NCBI GenBank assembly: GCA_025062195.1
Contig: JANXAS010000013.1
Span: forward strand, 3,501-67,500
Source: Armatimonadota bacterium
GTDB lineage: Bacteria > Armatimonadota > Fervidibacteria > Fervidibacterales > Thermosaccharophagaceae
Length of the DNA stretch: 64,000 nucleotides
Direction of reading: 5' to 3'
Shown: positions 49,320 through 58,606 of the stretch, piece after piece
Layout of the letters: the number at the start of each line of letters is the position of its first letter
Numbering within the stretch: the first letter of the stretch is position 1
The notes under the pieces: model-generated
Seen by the model: only the letters and a program-made list of their open reading frames with translations
Told to the model about the DNA's origin: nothing
The model's database searches: none
Made by a program: the position numbers and the translations under genes

Positions 49320-50663
49320 TCACTGGATGAGCGGGCATTCTGCGGGTATATCGGAAATCGCATCGCCCTTTGCCCCCTCAATCAAGATGCGCTCAACCGC
49401 CGAAGACGCAGCTACAGCGCAGAATTGACCGCACATGCTGCACACACCCTTATCAGCATCCCTCATATCAGACCTGTATTCCATTGCCCTATCGCCATCC
49501 ATTGCCAACTCATACATCCTCTTCCAATCAAGTTCTTTCCTTGCCCTTGACATTTGCTCATCCCAACGGAGTGCCCCTTTAACCCCCTTTGCTATGTCGG
49601 CGGAGTGAGCTGCAATTCGGCTTGCTATTATGCCAACGCGCACATCTTCAGGCGTTGGCAACCTCAAATGCTCCGCCGGCGTGACATAGCAAAGGAAATC
49701 AGCACCAGCCGACGCCGCGATAGCACCACCAATAGCAGCAGCTATGTGGTCGTAACCGGCTGCCACATCGCATGTCAGCGGACCAAGCAGGTAAATTGGT
49801 GCCCCATGGCAAAGAGCCTTCATCATCTTCACATGTGCTTCAACATGGTGCATCGGAACATGCCCGGGTCCCTCAATCATCACTTGCACATTTGCTTCCC
49901 ATGCACGCAGCGTCAATTCACCAAGCACCGATGTCTCATACCATTGAACAGAATCGCCAGCATCAGCCAACGCCCCGGGACGCATTCCATCACCTAAGCT
50001 CAAAGTGACATCGTATCGGCTCGCTATCTCAAGCAGCCTATCAAAATGCTCGTAAAGCGGGTTCTCTGAGTTGTTTGCCACCATCCACATCGCAAGCAAG
50101 CTACCGCCTCTGCTAACTATCCCCCCTATACGCCTTGAGCGCTTAAACAACTCAAGCGCGTGCTTTGTGATACCACAATGGACGGTCATGAAATCAACGC
50201 CTTGCCTTGCCTGACGCTCAATCACCTCAAACAGGTGTTCCTTCTCCATTGCGCTTATCGGCTTTCGCTCCATGAGCAGTTCCTTTGCGACCTGATAAAT
50301 TGGGACTGTGCCAAGCGGCTTTCGCCAACGCCTCAATATCTCAATCCGTATTTCATCCAAGTCGCCACCCGTGCTCAAATCCATGACTGTGTCAGCACCG
50401 TAGCGAATGCACATCTCAAGCTTTGCAAGTTCTTCATCCAGATTGGAATGCAGAGGTGATGTGCCAATGTTGGCGTTCACTTTTGTCCTTAAACCTTCGC
50501 CAATGCCGATTGGCTCTGGCATGTGAATCTTATTGCACGGAATTGCAACCCTACCACTGGCGACTTGCTCAAGCAACCACTCAACATCCACACATTCATC
50601 CTCAGCCACTTTCCTCATCTGCTCTGTAACGATGCCTTTTCTTGCAGCTTCCATTTGGGTCAT
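49320..50663 (-). CDS. thiC: Phosphomethylpyrimidine synthase, short type (a BzaA/B/F paralog is not excluded)
   Basis: TKVNANIGTS, ADTVMDLSTG, SRGGS, EGPGH, GYDHI, CYVTPAEHL and CSMCGQFC. Confidence 0.88.
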   Translation of the reverse strand: MTQMEAARKGIVTEQMRKVAEDECVDVEWLLEQVASGRVAIPCNKIHMPEPIGIGEGLRTKVNANIGTSPLHSNLDEELAKLEMCIRYGADTVMDLSTGGDLDEIRIEILRRWRKPLGTVPIYQVAKELLMERKPISAMEKEHLFEVIERQARQGVDFMTVHCGITKHALELFKRSRRIGGIVSRGGSLLAMWMVANNSENPLYEHFDRLLEIASRYDVTLSLGDGMRPGALADAGDSVQWYETSVLGELTLRAWEANVQVMIEGPGHVPMHHVEAHVKMMKALCHGAPIYLLGPLTCDVAAGYDHIAAAIGGAIAASAGADFLCYVTPAEHLRLPTPEDVRVGIIASRIAAHSADIAKGVKGALRWDEQMSRARKELDWKRMYELAMDGDRAMEYRSDMRDADKGVCSMCGQFCAVAASSAVERILIEGAKGDAISDIPAECPLIQ

Positions 50664-50822
50664 ATCTTTTCACCTTTGCTTGCGCGCCCACTTATGCCCG
50701 GGGCACTACGCCGCATGTTCTGTCCATGTGAGCATCTCAAGCGATATCGTGTGATACGCCTCACAGTGTGCCGAAATTTCACTGCCCTTATTTGGTTCGT
50801 TTGGTTTAGAGCGAGCTGCCAC

Positions 50823-51386
50823 CTACTCAGCTTGCTTATCATCTGTTTTCTTAGCTCGGCGCTGTTGCGAGCGCTTGCCGGTTATTAACTCAGCGTCACC
50901 TCTGCGGGTTTGTTCCTCATCACCCCAATTTAAAAGTTGCCCCTTACCAAGCAAAAGTTGGGAGCGTGAGTAACCGCCAAACTGCCAAACATGGCTGTGA
51001 ATGAGAGATGGCGTTGGACAAACTTCAACACACAACCCGCAAAAGCTACAAAGGCTTAGGTCAACGAAGAACTTAACCGGATAGCGCCCATGATGCCCTT
51101 CACGCCTTTCAACCTCAATATAAATGCAATGGCCCGGACAGACGCGCATGCATGCCATACAGCCAACGCAATTTTCTTTACCAGTTTGAAGGTCAGTGGT
51201 CAACGCAACTATCCCGCGATACCTATCGGCTATTTTCCTTGAGCCCCACTTCTCGGTTATTGTCATTGCCTGCCTAAGAGCAACCGTGCGAAGGAAGTTT
51301 TTGCCCGTTATACCAAGTCCCTTCATAAGCCCAATTGTCGCCCTCACGAAATTGCCCACAAATGACATCAGCATCACCCTCATCAA
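50823..51386 (-). CDS. nuoI: NADH-quinone oxidoreductase subunit I-like
   Basis: [16 protein letters not shown] and [12 protein letters not shown]. Confidence 0.85.
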   Translation of the reverse strand: MMRVMLMSFVGNFVRATIGLMKGLGITGKNFLRTVALRQAMTITEKWGSRKIADRYRGIVALTTDLQTGKENCVGCMACMRVCPGHCIYIEVERREGHHGRYPVKFFVDLSLCSFCGLCVEVCPTPSLIHSHVWQFGGYSRSQLLLGKGQLLNWGDEEQTRRGDAELITGKRSQQRRAKKTDDKQAE

Positions 51387-52039
51387 CCAATATGCTTTGC
51401 TGCAAATGACATTAGCGCCTCTTTTTGCTCCCTCGGCATGCGCCTAACCTCACCGCGAAGTATCTTGTCCTGAAGCATCTTCACCCCCCAAAGCAACTGT
51501 TCGGGTGTCGGCGGACACCCGGGAACATACACATCAACTGGGATGACTTTGTCCACACCATTCAACACGCTATACGAGTCATAAAACGGACCGCCACTAA
51601 TCGCACAAGCGCCCATTGCGATCACCCATCTTGGCTCAGCCATCTGTTCATACAGCACTTTTATCCTTGGAGCCATCTTGTATGTGACTGTCCCCGCAAC
51701 TATCATCAGGTCAGACTGACGAGGTGTTGCCCTCGGCATCATGCCATATCTGTCAAAGTCATATTTTGGTCCGATTGTGTGCATCATCTCAATTGCACAG
51801 CATGCCAGCCCAAATGTCATATACCAGAGCGAGTTCTTACGAGCCGCATCAATGAGCCTTGCAATGCCGACGCCCTTCAAGAAGTCCTCAAGCCACCCCT
51901 TGAAAGGCTCAAGGCGAGCCATGAGAATATCAACTCGCCCATCCATCCCCGGGCAACCGCCCATACACACAAGATTGCCCTTATCACCTGATAGCTCACT
52001 TCGCTGCTCGCTATTACACATACTCATCCTCTCCTCCAC
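51383..52039 (-). CDS. nuoB: NADH-quinone oxidoreductase subunit B
   Basis: [27 protein letters not shown] and DVYVPGCPP. Confidence 0.93.
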   Translation of the reverse strand: MEERMSMCNSEQRSELSGDKGNLVCMGGCPGMDGRVDILMARLEPFKGWLEDFLKGVGIARLIDAARKNSLWYMTFGLACCAIEMMHTIGPKYDFDRYGMMPRATPRQSDLMIVAGTVTYKMAPRIKVLYEQMAEPRWVIAMGACAISGGPFYDSYSVLNGVDKVIPVDVYVPGCPPTPEQLLWGVKMLQDKILRGEVRRMPREQKEALMSFAAKHIG

Positions 52040-52427
52040 CCATCACTCATGAGGGCACTACTCAAGCGGGAAAAACACAGGGCGCTATGTCCACCCTTTT
52101 AGTATGGCACAAAAGCGACTTAGGTAGTGAACAAGCTATGAGCATCAGTGCGCGAGATGTGCCCCAAAACTGGGCACACTTCATCCCTTTAACGCATACA
52201 GTAACCGTCTTGCTCCATACTTTTTAACAGTAGCAGGCTTTCAAACAGTTTTAAGAATCGGCGATATATTGAGGTCAGACTTGCACTTCTTTGAGGGCAA
52301 GCAAAAATCCACCCTCCGTCACCCATACCTCATAGACTTTGTGCAGAAAATTCTTCTCCACTTCACAGATTAGTAGACCACATCATCTGGCACAGTGAGG
52401 TGAAACAAATTCCACCACTTGTGTTCG

Positions 52428-52730
52428 TTAGCGGCATTCAGCGCGCACAGCATTCACCCAATTGGGATCCCTACAAGTCGTTCCTGCTGCAGCTCTGCTA
52501 AATTCCCACATGCATACTGGTTGGTATGTATGCGTCCATTTCATGATCTTCACATGCCCATCAACGAAAAGGAAGTTGCCATAAGCATTGTGGTCACAGC
52601 GTGCGCTACCGCCGCACCATGCGCAATGGTCTATACAACTTGTGTGTGTCTCAACGATCATCAAAACATTTGATGGAGACCTTACCATTGATTGATGAGG
52701 TGGGCGGGCACCCCAACCGTATGAGAAGTT
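52428..52730 (-). pseudogene. C-terminal fragment of a DUF1559/prepilin-associated H-X9-DG protein, lacking the N-terminus
   Basis: In frame: NFSYGW...SMVRSPSNVLMIVE...HNAYGNFLFVDGHVK; in-frame stop at 52770-52772 upstream; no prepilin FTLIELLVV leader. Confidence 0.65.
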
Positions 52731-52785
52731 AACTGAGTCAGCTGCGATTGTAACTATTACAGAAAAGGTTTAAGGGGGTGGTTGT

Positions 52786-54159
52786 ATGGTTCGCACCGAA
52801 GATATACTCAGCACGATACGAATGATCCACGAGGAGAACTTTGATGTGCGCACGGTTACAGTCGGAATAAGCTTGCTTGGATGTTCATCCGATGACACTG
52901 ATGTGCTTTGCAAACGCATACGCTCAAGATTGATTGAGCGTGCAAGCAAGCTGCACTCAGCCTGTGAGGCGCTTGAGGTCAAATACGGCGTGCCAATTGT
53001 GCATCGGCGAATAGCCGTTACCCCGATAAGCGTTGTAGCCTCGGGACACGGTCATAGCGGTTTCATAAAGGTGGCACATACGCTTGATGCAGTGGCTTGT
53101 GAACTGGGTGTTGATTTGATCGGCGGCTATACAGCGCTCGTCCACAAGGGGATGACTGAAGACGATGAGATACTCATACGCTCACTGCCAGATGCTTTGA
53201 GCACGACCGAACGTTTGTGTGCATCAGTAAATGCTGCATCAACAAGCACAGGGATAAACATTGATGCCGTTCTGCTCATCAGCGAGATGCTAATTCAAGT
53301 TGCAAGGCGCACTGCTCACCTTAACGGATTTGGATGCGCCAAGTTTGTCGTTTTTGCTAACGCTCCCGAAGACAACCCATTCATGGCAGGCGCGTTCAAT
53401 GGTATTGGTGAGGCAGACTGTGTTGTTAATGTTGGCGTGAGCGGTCCTGGCGTAGTAAAAGGCGCAATTGAGCGTGCAAAGGAGATGAAGCCCAAGCTGA
53501 CATTGAATGACATCGCCGAAGTGATAAAGACAACAGCATTCAGGCTTACTCGCATAGGGGAGCTCATTGGCAGGGAGATTGCGCAGTCAATTGGAGCCAA
53601 GTTTGGCATCGTTGACTTATCGCTTGCGCCAACGCCGAAAATCGGGGACAGTGTTGGCGAGATCCTTCAAGCTATGGGAATTAACCATGTAGGTGCACCG
53701 GGTTCAACTGCAGCCTTAGCGTTACTGACCGATGCCGTTAAAAAGGGCGGAGTGTTTGCCTCTTCGGCAGTTGGCGGATTATCGGGTGCATTCATACCTA
53801 TTGCTGAAGATAGCGGATTATCACACGCAGTGGAGATGGGTTACTTGACGATTGAGAAGCTTGAGGCGATGACGAGCGTTTGCTCTGTCGGACTTGACAT
53901 GATTGCAATACCAGGGGATGTTGATGCCGATACGATTGCCTCTTTGATAGCTGATGAGCTTGCTATTGGCGTGTTCAACCACAAGACGACAGCAGTGCGC
54001 ATCATACCGGTCCCGGGAAAACGCCCCGGTGATAAGGTTAAGTTTGGAGGGCTATTTGGTGAGACTGTTGTTATGGAGATACGGAATGCGGGTTGCAGTT
54101 CTGATTTCATCAGGATGGGCGGACGAATACCAGCTCCGTTAACGAGCTTGAGGAATTGA
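52786..54159 (+). CDS. PFL-family protein (UPF0210/DUF711)
   Basis: DVRTVTVGISL, R.AVTPI, EDNPFMAGAF, NVGVSGPGVV, DLSLAPTP, KLEAMTSVCSVGLDM and ends SLRN. Confidence 0.93.
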   Translation: MVRTEDILSTIRMIHEENFDVRTVTVGISLLGCSSDDTDVLCKRIRSRLIERASKLHSACEALEVKYGVPIVHRRIAVTPISVVASGHGHSGFIKVAHTLDAVACELGVDLIGGYTALVHKGMTEDDEILIRSLPDALSTTERLCASVNAASTSTGINIDAVLLISEMLIQVARRTAHLNGFGCAKFVVFANAPEDNPFMAGAFNGIGEADCVVNVGVSGPGVVKGAIERAKEMKPKLTLNDIAEVIKTTAFRLTRIGELIGREIAQSIGAKFGIVDLSLAPTPKIGDSVGEILQAMGINHVGAPGSTAALALLTDAVKKGGVFASSAVGGLSGAFIPIAEDSGLSHAVEMGYLTIEKLEAMTSVCSVGLDMIAIPGDVDADTIASLIADELAIGVFNHKTTAVRIIPVPGKRPGDKVKFGGLFGETVVMEIRNAGCSSDFIRMGGRIPAPLTSLRN

Positions 54160-54350
54160 AGCCGAACGCTTTAAAAATGGCTCACACTCATGCGTGGTTA
54201 TGCCATATAGGACTGGGCAGTTGGCATTGTTTCTCAGAGGCATGCGACAGTCTGTCTGAAAATATTTACAAATGCCCTTCACTACAAATTGCAAATTTAG
54301 CGGATGGCTTGTCCGTCGGTTTAATACATAACCAAATTTTGAAAAGGGCT

Positions 54351-54567
54351 GGCGGACTATGCCTCAAACACGCCTACACTCCTCGCTCAAAAGTTCGTTT
54401 GTGCCAAGTTACTCACGCCACTGGCTTTAACCATCAATTGATGGTGAACAAATTAGAGCCGAATTTATTCGGCTGAGAAATTTCTGACCTATGCAGCATC
54501 GCGGCTTACCCGCGACAGCCGTTTAAATTTCTTCGCCCAAAATTGGCGATGCTACATTGAGTGACTT
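54351..54567 (+). repeat. Repeat A, copy 1 (~215 bp, non-coding)
   Basis: Colinear with 58607-58820 (ggactatgcctcaa...gccactggc...ctgacctatg.agcatc...aaatttctt.gccc.aaatt.gcga.gcta.attgag). Confidence 0.85.
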
Positions 54568-54628
54568 ACGCCGCCTCGTGATTCAAACGGCAGTCGCGTC
54601 GCTTTAATTCCATGAAATGGTATTAAAG

Positions 54629-54950
54629 CCTCACGCTCTTTATCACAAACTTTGTTAGTTAGGTTCGTAGTTAGCCACGAAGCGAAAGCGTAGTGGCGTT
54701 AAGTTGGTGCAATGTGCAATGTTATCATTTTACTTGCCTCGCACCTTACACTCACTTTGACGGCACTTCGCTTTGCCCTGTGCCTCACTGTGAACCAACG
54801 AACATTTGAGTAAAGAGCGAAACCTGAAATAGAATTGAATGCCAACAGCGTGTGAATGCACTCCACCTCACTTTCGTTTTGCGGCTAACTACAAACTTGA
54901 GTGAGCGAACGCCGCTTCGCTACCGCTTTGTGGCTGATTATGAACTTATC
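54629..54950. repeat. Repeat B, copy 1, with long imperfect inverted repeats (REPIN/MITE-like)
   Basis: 54629-54819 is colinear with 58097-58276; the left arm aggttcgtagttagccacgaagcgaaagcgtagtggcgtt recurs inverted at ~54860-54898 and ~54908-54947. Confidence 0.8.
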
Positions 54951-54967
54951 AACCTAATCAACCGCAG

Positions 54968-55552
54968 TTAAAGCGTTGGTGCCGCAAGTGAACGCAAGTC
55001 ATGCGTCACTTTGAACAAGTTCTCGTGTTGGAAGTGCGCCGATAGCCCAATTGAGCGTCCCAGCTCTTCAAGGTCTTGCTTGAGTTCCCTTGGGTCAAGC
55101 TCCGGTGGGACGGATAACTCAAGCACCATCATGAAACCGCCATTGCTTGTCCTTCCGTAAAGGTCGGTGATATTAATTCCCCTTGATGCGAGATATGATG
55201 CCATGCGATATATTATCCCGGGTTGGTCCTTACCATACACGGTGAGTATGAAGCGATCGTAGTTTTCGGGTGTTGCACTCAACGGCTCATCGGCATAACG
55301 CAATGTCGCCATCACATGCAACTCCCCGGGCATACCGGTTGATCCAACTGCCCTCACAACCTCTTCAAGCGGTGGCTGTGGTTCTGGAAATGTAGCACAA
55401 ACTATGATTGTGAAGTAGCCCCTCACCACCGTTTGGCTTAACTCCTCTATGTTGCCGCCAAGCTCATAGATCGCCTTACCAATGCCGGCTACTATTCCGG
55501 GTCTGTCACGAGCCATCACACTGACAATGTATTCGGGAAGCTGCGCCGACAT
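54968..55552 (-). CDS. Tandem ACT-domain protein (GcvR/UPF0237-like)
   Basis: VMARDRPGIV and VYGKDQPGII...NITDL; C-terminal FQHENLF. Confidence 0.85.
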   Translation of the reverse strand: MSAQLPEYIVSVMARDRPGIVAGIGKAIYELGGNIEELSQTVVRGYFTIIVCATFPEPQPPLEEVVRAVGSTGMPGELHVMATLRYADEPLSATPENYDRFILTVYGKDQPGIIYRMASYLASRGINITDLYGRTSNGGFMMVLELSVPPELDPRELKQDLEELGRSIGLSAHFQHENLFKVTHDLRSLAAPTL

Positions 55553-55754
55553 ATTGATCACCACCTTGTAGCGAGCAATAAAGGACTTATGGTAAGGCAA
55601 TGAAACGAAGTTAAGCACCCTTTGAAGTAAGGCAATGAAGAGGTTGAAACGCCGCTTTGCGGCTCATTGCGAATCGTTTTCAAACTTTGTTTCCTCACCA
55701 CATCATGGCTTATCGCAAACTGTGCATCACTTGTGATGTCCGTGCACTCGCACT

Positions 55755-56705
55755 TTACACAAGCTCCCACTTTCTCCCTTCAACTTTGAGACTCCCTTTG
55801 CCTTCATGCTCATCAAATGTTTTCTCAGCTTCATAGATATCGTCAAAGAAACCAACAATGTGCACGGCTCCAAAGCTGTCGCTTGCTCTCACCTTCAACC
55901 CACCAATCTCTTGAATCATGCACACATAACCGCGTTGATGACACCATGCTTCGTAAACAATTGATGGCTTAAGACATATACCGAGCAGCCAAACTCCGTT
56001 TCTAAGTTGCGCGCCTCGTATGAAGCGCTTTGGCACTTTGCCATCCTCACGCCGATATAGGTATCGTTCATGCGGTGGGAAGTCCTCAAAGAATGCCTCA
56101 GCAGGTATGAAGCCGTAGTAGCTGAGGTAAACTTGCTTGAATGTGTCGCCACGATTATGCCTTATGTGGCATGGCATGTCCATGCGCAAAAGTAGACAAT
56201 CAACATCGTTTGCGCTCGTCACCGAATCATATGAAATGAACCAACGAACGCCGTCCGGGAAGACAAGCCATTGCTCCCACTTTGAACCGGCTTTGTATGG
56301 TTGGCGGGATATGTTCCAAGTGAACCACTGATGCACTGCAATGAAGCCATCGCCTTCAACAACTTCAAATGGCAGCTCCTTAGCTTGAGTGCAAATCTGA
56401 GGCAGCTCAACATAGCGCTTTGGTATGTTGCCATGAATTGCATCTCCCCAATGGTAGCGCAATTCCTTTGGCGTGTCCTCAGCATCAATGCCCGGCTCGA
56501 GAAGGAAGTCAACTATAACTAAACCAAACCCAACATCTTTTGCGCCCGTTGCCTTGTCAATGAAGCTGCCACCCATGACACCAGTGACATAGCCCTTAGT
56601 TTGAACGGCGGCATAATAACAGTCCGTCTCAATTCGCACCACTGAACCATCAAGCCACGCTTTAGCCAACCACTCCACCTCCATGACGAAAGTTTGTATG
56701 CTCAC
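55755..56705 (-). CDS. Conserved-looking hypothetical protein (316 aa)
   Basis: Long aromatic-rich ORF that overlaps the stop of the upstream Gfo/Idh/MocA gene by 4 bp. Confidence 0.7.
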   Translation of the reverse strand: MSIQTFVMEVEWLAKAWLDGSVVRIETDCYYAAVQTKGYVTGVMGGSFIDKATGAKDVGFGLVIVDFLLEPGIDAEDTPKELRYHWGDAIHGNIPKRYVELPQICTQAKELPFEVVEGDGFIAVHQWFTWNISRQPYKAGSKWEQWLVFPDGVRWFISYDSVTSANDVDCLLLRMDMPCHIRHNRGDTFKQVYLSYYGFIPAEAFFEDFPPHERYLYRREDGKVPKRFIRGAQLRNGVWLLGICLKPSIVYEAWCHQRGYVCMIQEIGGLKVRASDSFGAVHIVGFFDDIYEAEKTFDEHEGKGSLKVEGRKWELV

Positions 56706-57952
56706 ACTGGCTTTACAGTCTCCGTCGCTTCGTCAAACTCCATCGTGCGCCCTTCAAGGTAAGAGCGTATGCCCATATGGATTGCAGCCATAACATAATA
56801 GCCCAATATGGCATTGCTCCTTGGCTGTTGTCGTGTGCGTATGCAATTCAGAAAGTCACGCCAATGCTCCTCAAGCGATGCACCACGAGTGCGCGCAATC
56901 TCTTTCCTCGGTTGATCGCCAACAACTTCACGCTGCGGATGAATTACTGCCCCAGGACCTTCAAAGACAAGCGTTGCTTTGCTTCCACGAATGAGCATTG
57001 GCATGCCATAGTTATTGCCCAAGCACGCTATGAGCAGCACCGAAGGACCATTAGGGTATTCAACGAGCATCTGGAATATATCTGGCACTTCCCACCTGCC
57101 CTTATGCTCGGGCAAATACAAACCACCTGATGCCGTCACGCGCTTTGGGAATCTCAAACCCATCGCTCTGACAAGCGGCGTAAGTATGTGCGGAAACCAA
57201 TCAGAAGCCAACCCACCTGAGTAATCCCAAAAGATGCGGTATGCAAAGAACCTGCTTGGCTCCCATGGGCGTTTTGGAGCAAGCCCAAATTGCCAACCAA
57301 GCCACATATCCCAATCAAGGTTCTCGTCGGGCTTAGCGCTTGGGTCAATATCCCTTTCACATCCGCAAAGGACACCCCAATGCCCAGTGCGCATATCGGC
57401 AGCCTGAGCATGAATAAGCGTCCCAATTTCGCCAGCACTTATCAGTTCGCCAACTTGCTCCCAAATGCTATCTGACATGCCCTGTGTTCCAACTTGAAGA
57501 ACCCGTTTTGTCCTTTGAAGCGTCTCAACAATTCGCTTTGGTTCATCAATCGTCTTCCAGTGTGTCATCGGCTTCTCGCAATAGACATCTTTGCCTGCTT
57601 CCATTGCATCAGTGGCTACCTTTGCATGCCAATGGTCTGGTGTTGCGATGCAAACTGCATCCACAGCTTTGTCCTCAAGCAACTTACGATAGTCCATGTA
57701 TGGCGTTGCACCAGTTGCTTTTGCCACTGCATCAAGGCGCTTGCGCCAAACATCACAAACGGCAACAAGCTCAACCGCTTCACCCTTCTCTTTGAGCCTT
57801 CTAACTGTGCCGATGTGAGCACCACCCATACCGCCGCAACCAATGACACCAACGCCGATCTTTTCATTTGCGCCAGATACAGATTTGCTAAGCACTGTTA
57901 CGGAAGCAAGCAAAACTGCATCCCCCAGAAACTGCCTCCTTGTTAGCCTCAT
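56702..57952 (-). CDS. Tat-exported Gfo/Idh/MocA-family oxidoreductase
   Basis: TRRQFL signal, VGVIGCGGMG, IATPDHWH, YCEKP, LDWDMWLG and WDYSGG. Confidence 0.92.
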   Translation of the reverse strand: MRLTRRQFLGDAVLLASVTVLSKSVSGANEKIGVGVIGCGGMGGAHIGTVRRLKEKGEAVELVAVCDVWRKRLDAVAKATGATPYMDYRKLLEDKAVDAVCIATPDHWHAKVATDAMEAGKDVYCEKPMTHWKTIDEPKRIVETLQRTKRVLQVGTQGMSDSIWEQVGELISAGEIGTLIHAQAADMRTGHWGVLCGCERDIDPSAKPDENLDWDMWLGWQFGLAPKRPWEPSRFFAYRIFWDYSGGLASDWFPHILTPLVRAMGLRFPKRVTASGGLYLPEHKGRWEVPDIFQMLVEYPNGPSVLLIACLGNNYGMPMLIRGSKATLVFEGPGAVIHPQREVVGDQPRKEIARTRGASLEEHWRDFLNCIRTRQQPRSNAILGYYVMAAIHMGIRSYLEGRTMEFDEATETVKPV

Positions 57953-58009
57953 GCTTCTCTCACCTCGCACAAGTCATTGCTCATTACCTAAATTTTCACA
58001 CCATATTGT

Positions 58010-58379
58010 AAGGTGACATCCAACCTCTGTAGCGTCGTAGCTTTCCCACGACGGTCATTAACATCGTCGCTCCAGGGAATGATATCACAGTTTTATCCTC
58101 ACGCTCCTACCACAAACTTTGTTAGTGTTAGCCACGAAGCGAAAGCGTAGTTGCGTTAAGTTGGTGCAATGTGCAATGTTATCATTTTACTTGCTTCGCA
58201 CCTTACACTCACTTTGACGGCACCATGCTTTGCTCCGTGCCTTATTGTGGACCAACAAACTTTTGAGTAAATAGCGTTGTTCTCAAACTTCCCTCATGCA
58301 CATGAGACGACACTACAGTTTTATCCTAAAACTGTTCTCGGTTCTCAAACTTCCACCGTCCACAAGTGACGACGCTACA
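58010..58379. repeat. REPIN-like composite: a GTAG-REP on +, repeat B copy 2, then two GTAG-REPs on -
   Basis: GTAG-CGTCGT-N9-ACGACG at 58029; inverted REPs with GTAG at 58313-58316 and 58375-58378; direct repeat gttctcaaacttcc at 58279 and 58341. Confidence 0.75.
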
Positions 58380-58606
58380 AATACTGTTTCAAGGCAGCGT
58401 GTATATCATGCTCGTAAATACTATCGGTGAAGCGCCGATGCAATTTGCATCATAAGAGGGTTGAATTTCCACACACTCTGAATGATACCTCAATTTTTGA
58501 AAATGGTATTGCACCACACTCGGTTTTGACAGTGCCTCGCTTTACGTTGTTGCAAAAGTTTGGGCAGGGCGCCAATGCTACTGCATTACCATTTGCAAAA
58601 ATAACA

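Noticed and set aside
50664-50822. TPP riboswitch upstream of thiC
   Set aside because: Only weak fragments (gcttgaga, gcgtag); the conserved core and stems are absent.
54156-54476. 106 aa ORF after UPF0210, and the similar 58427-58663 ORF
   Set aside because: They overlap repeat A, and the frame is not preserved between the two copies; no RBS or recognisable motif.
58279-58379. Direct repeat gttctcaaacttcc at 62 bp spacing as a mini-CRISPR
   Set aside because: Only two 14 bp copies, the intervening sequences are related REP-like units rather than unique spacers, and there are no cas genes.
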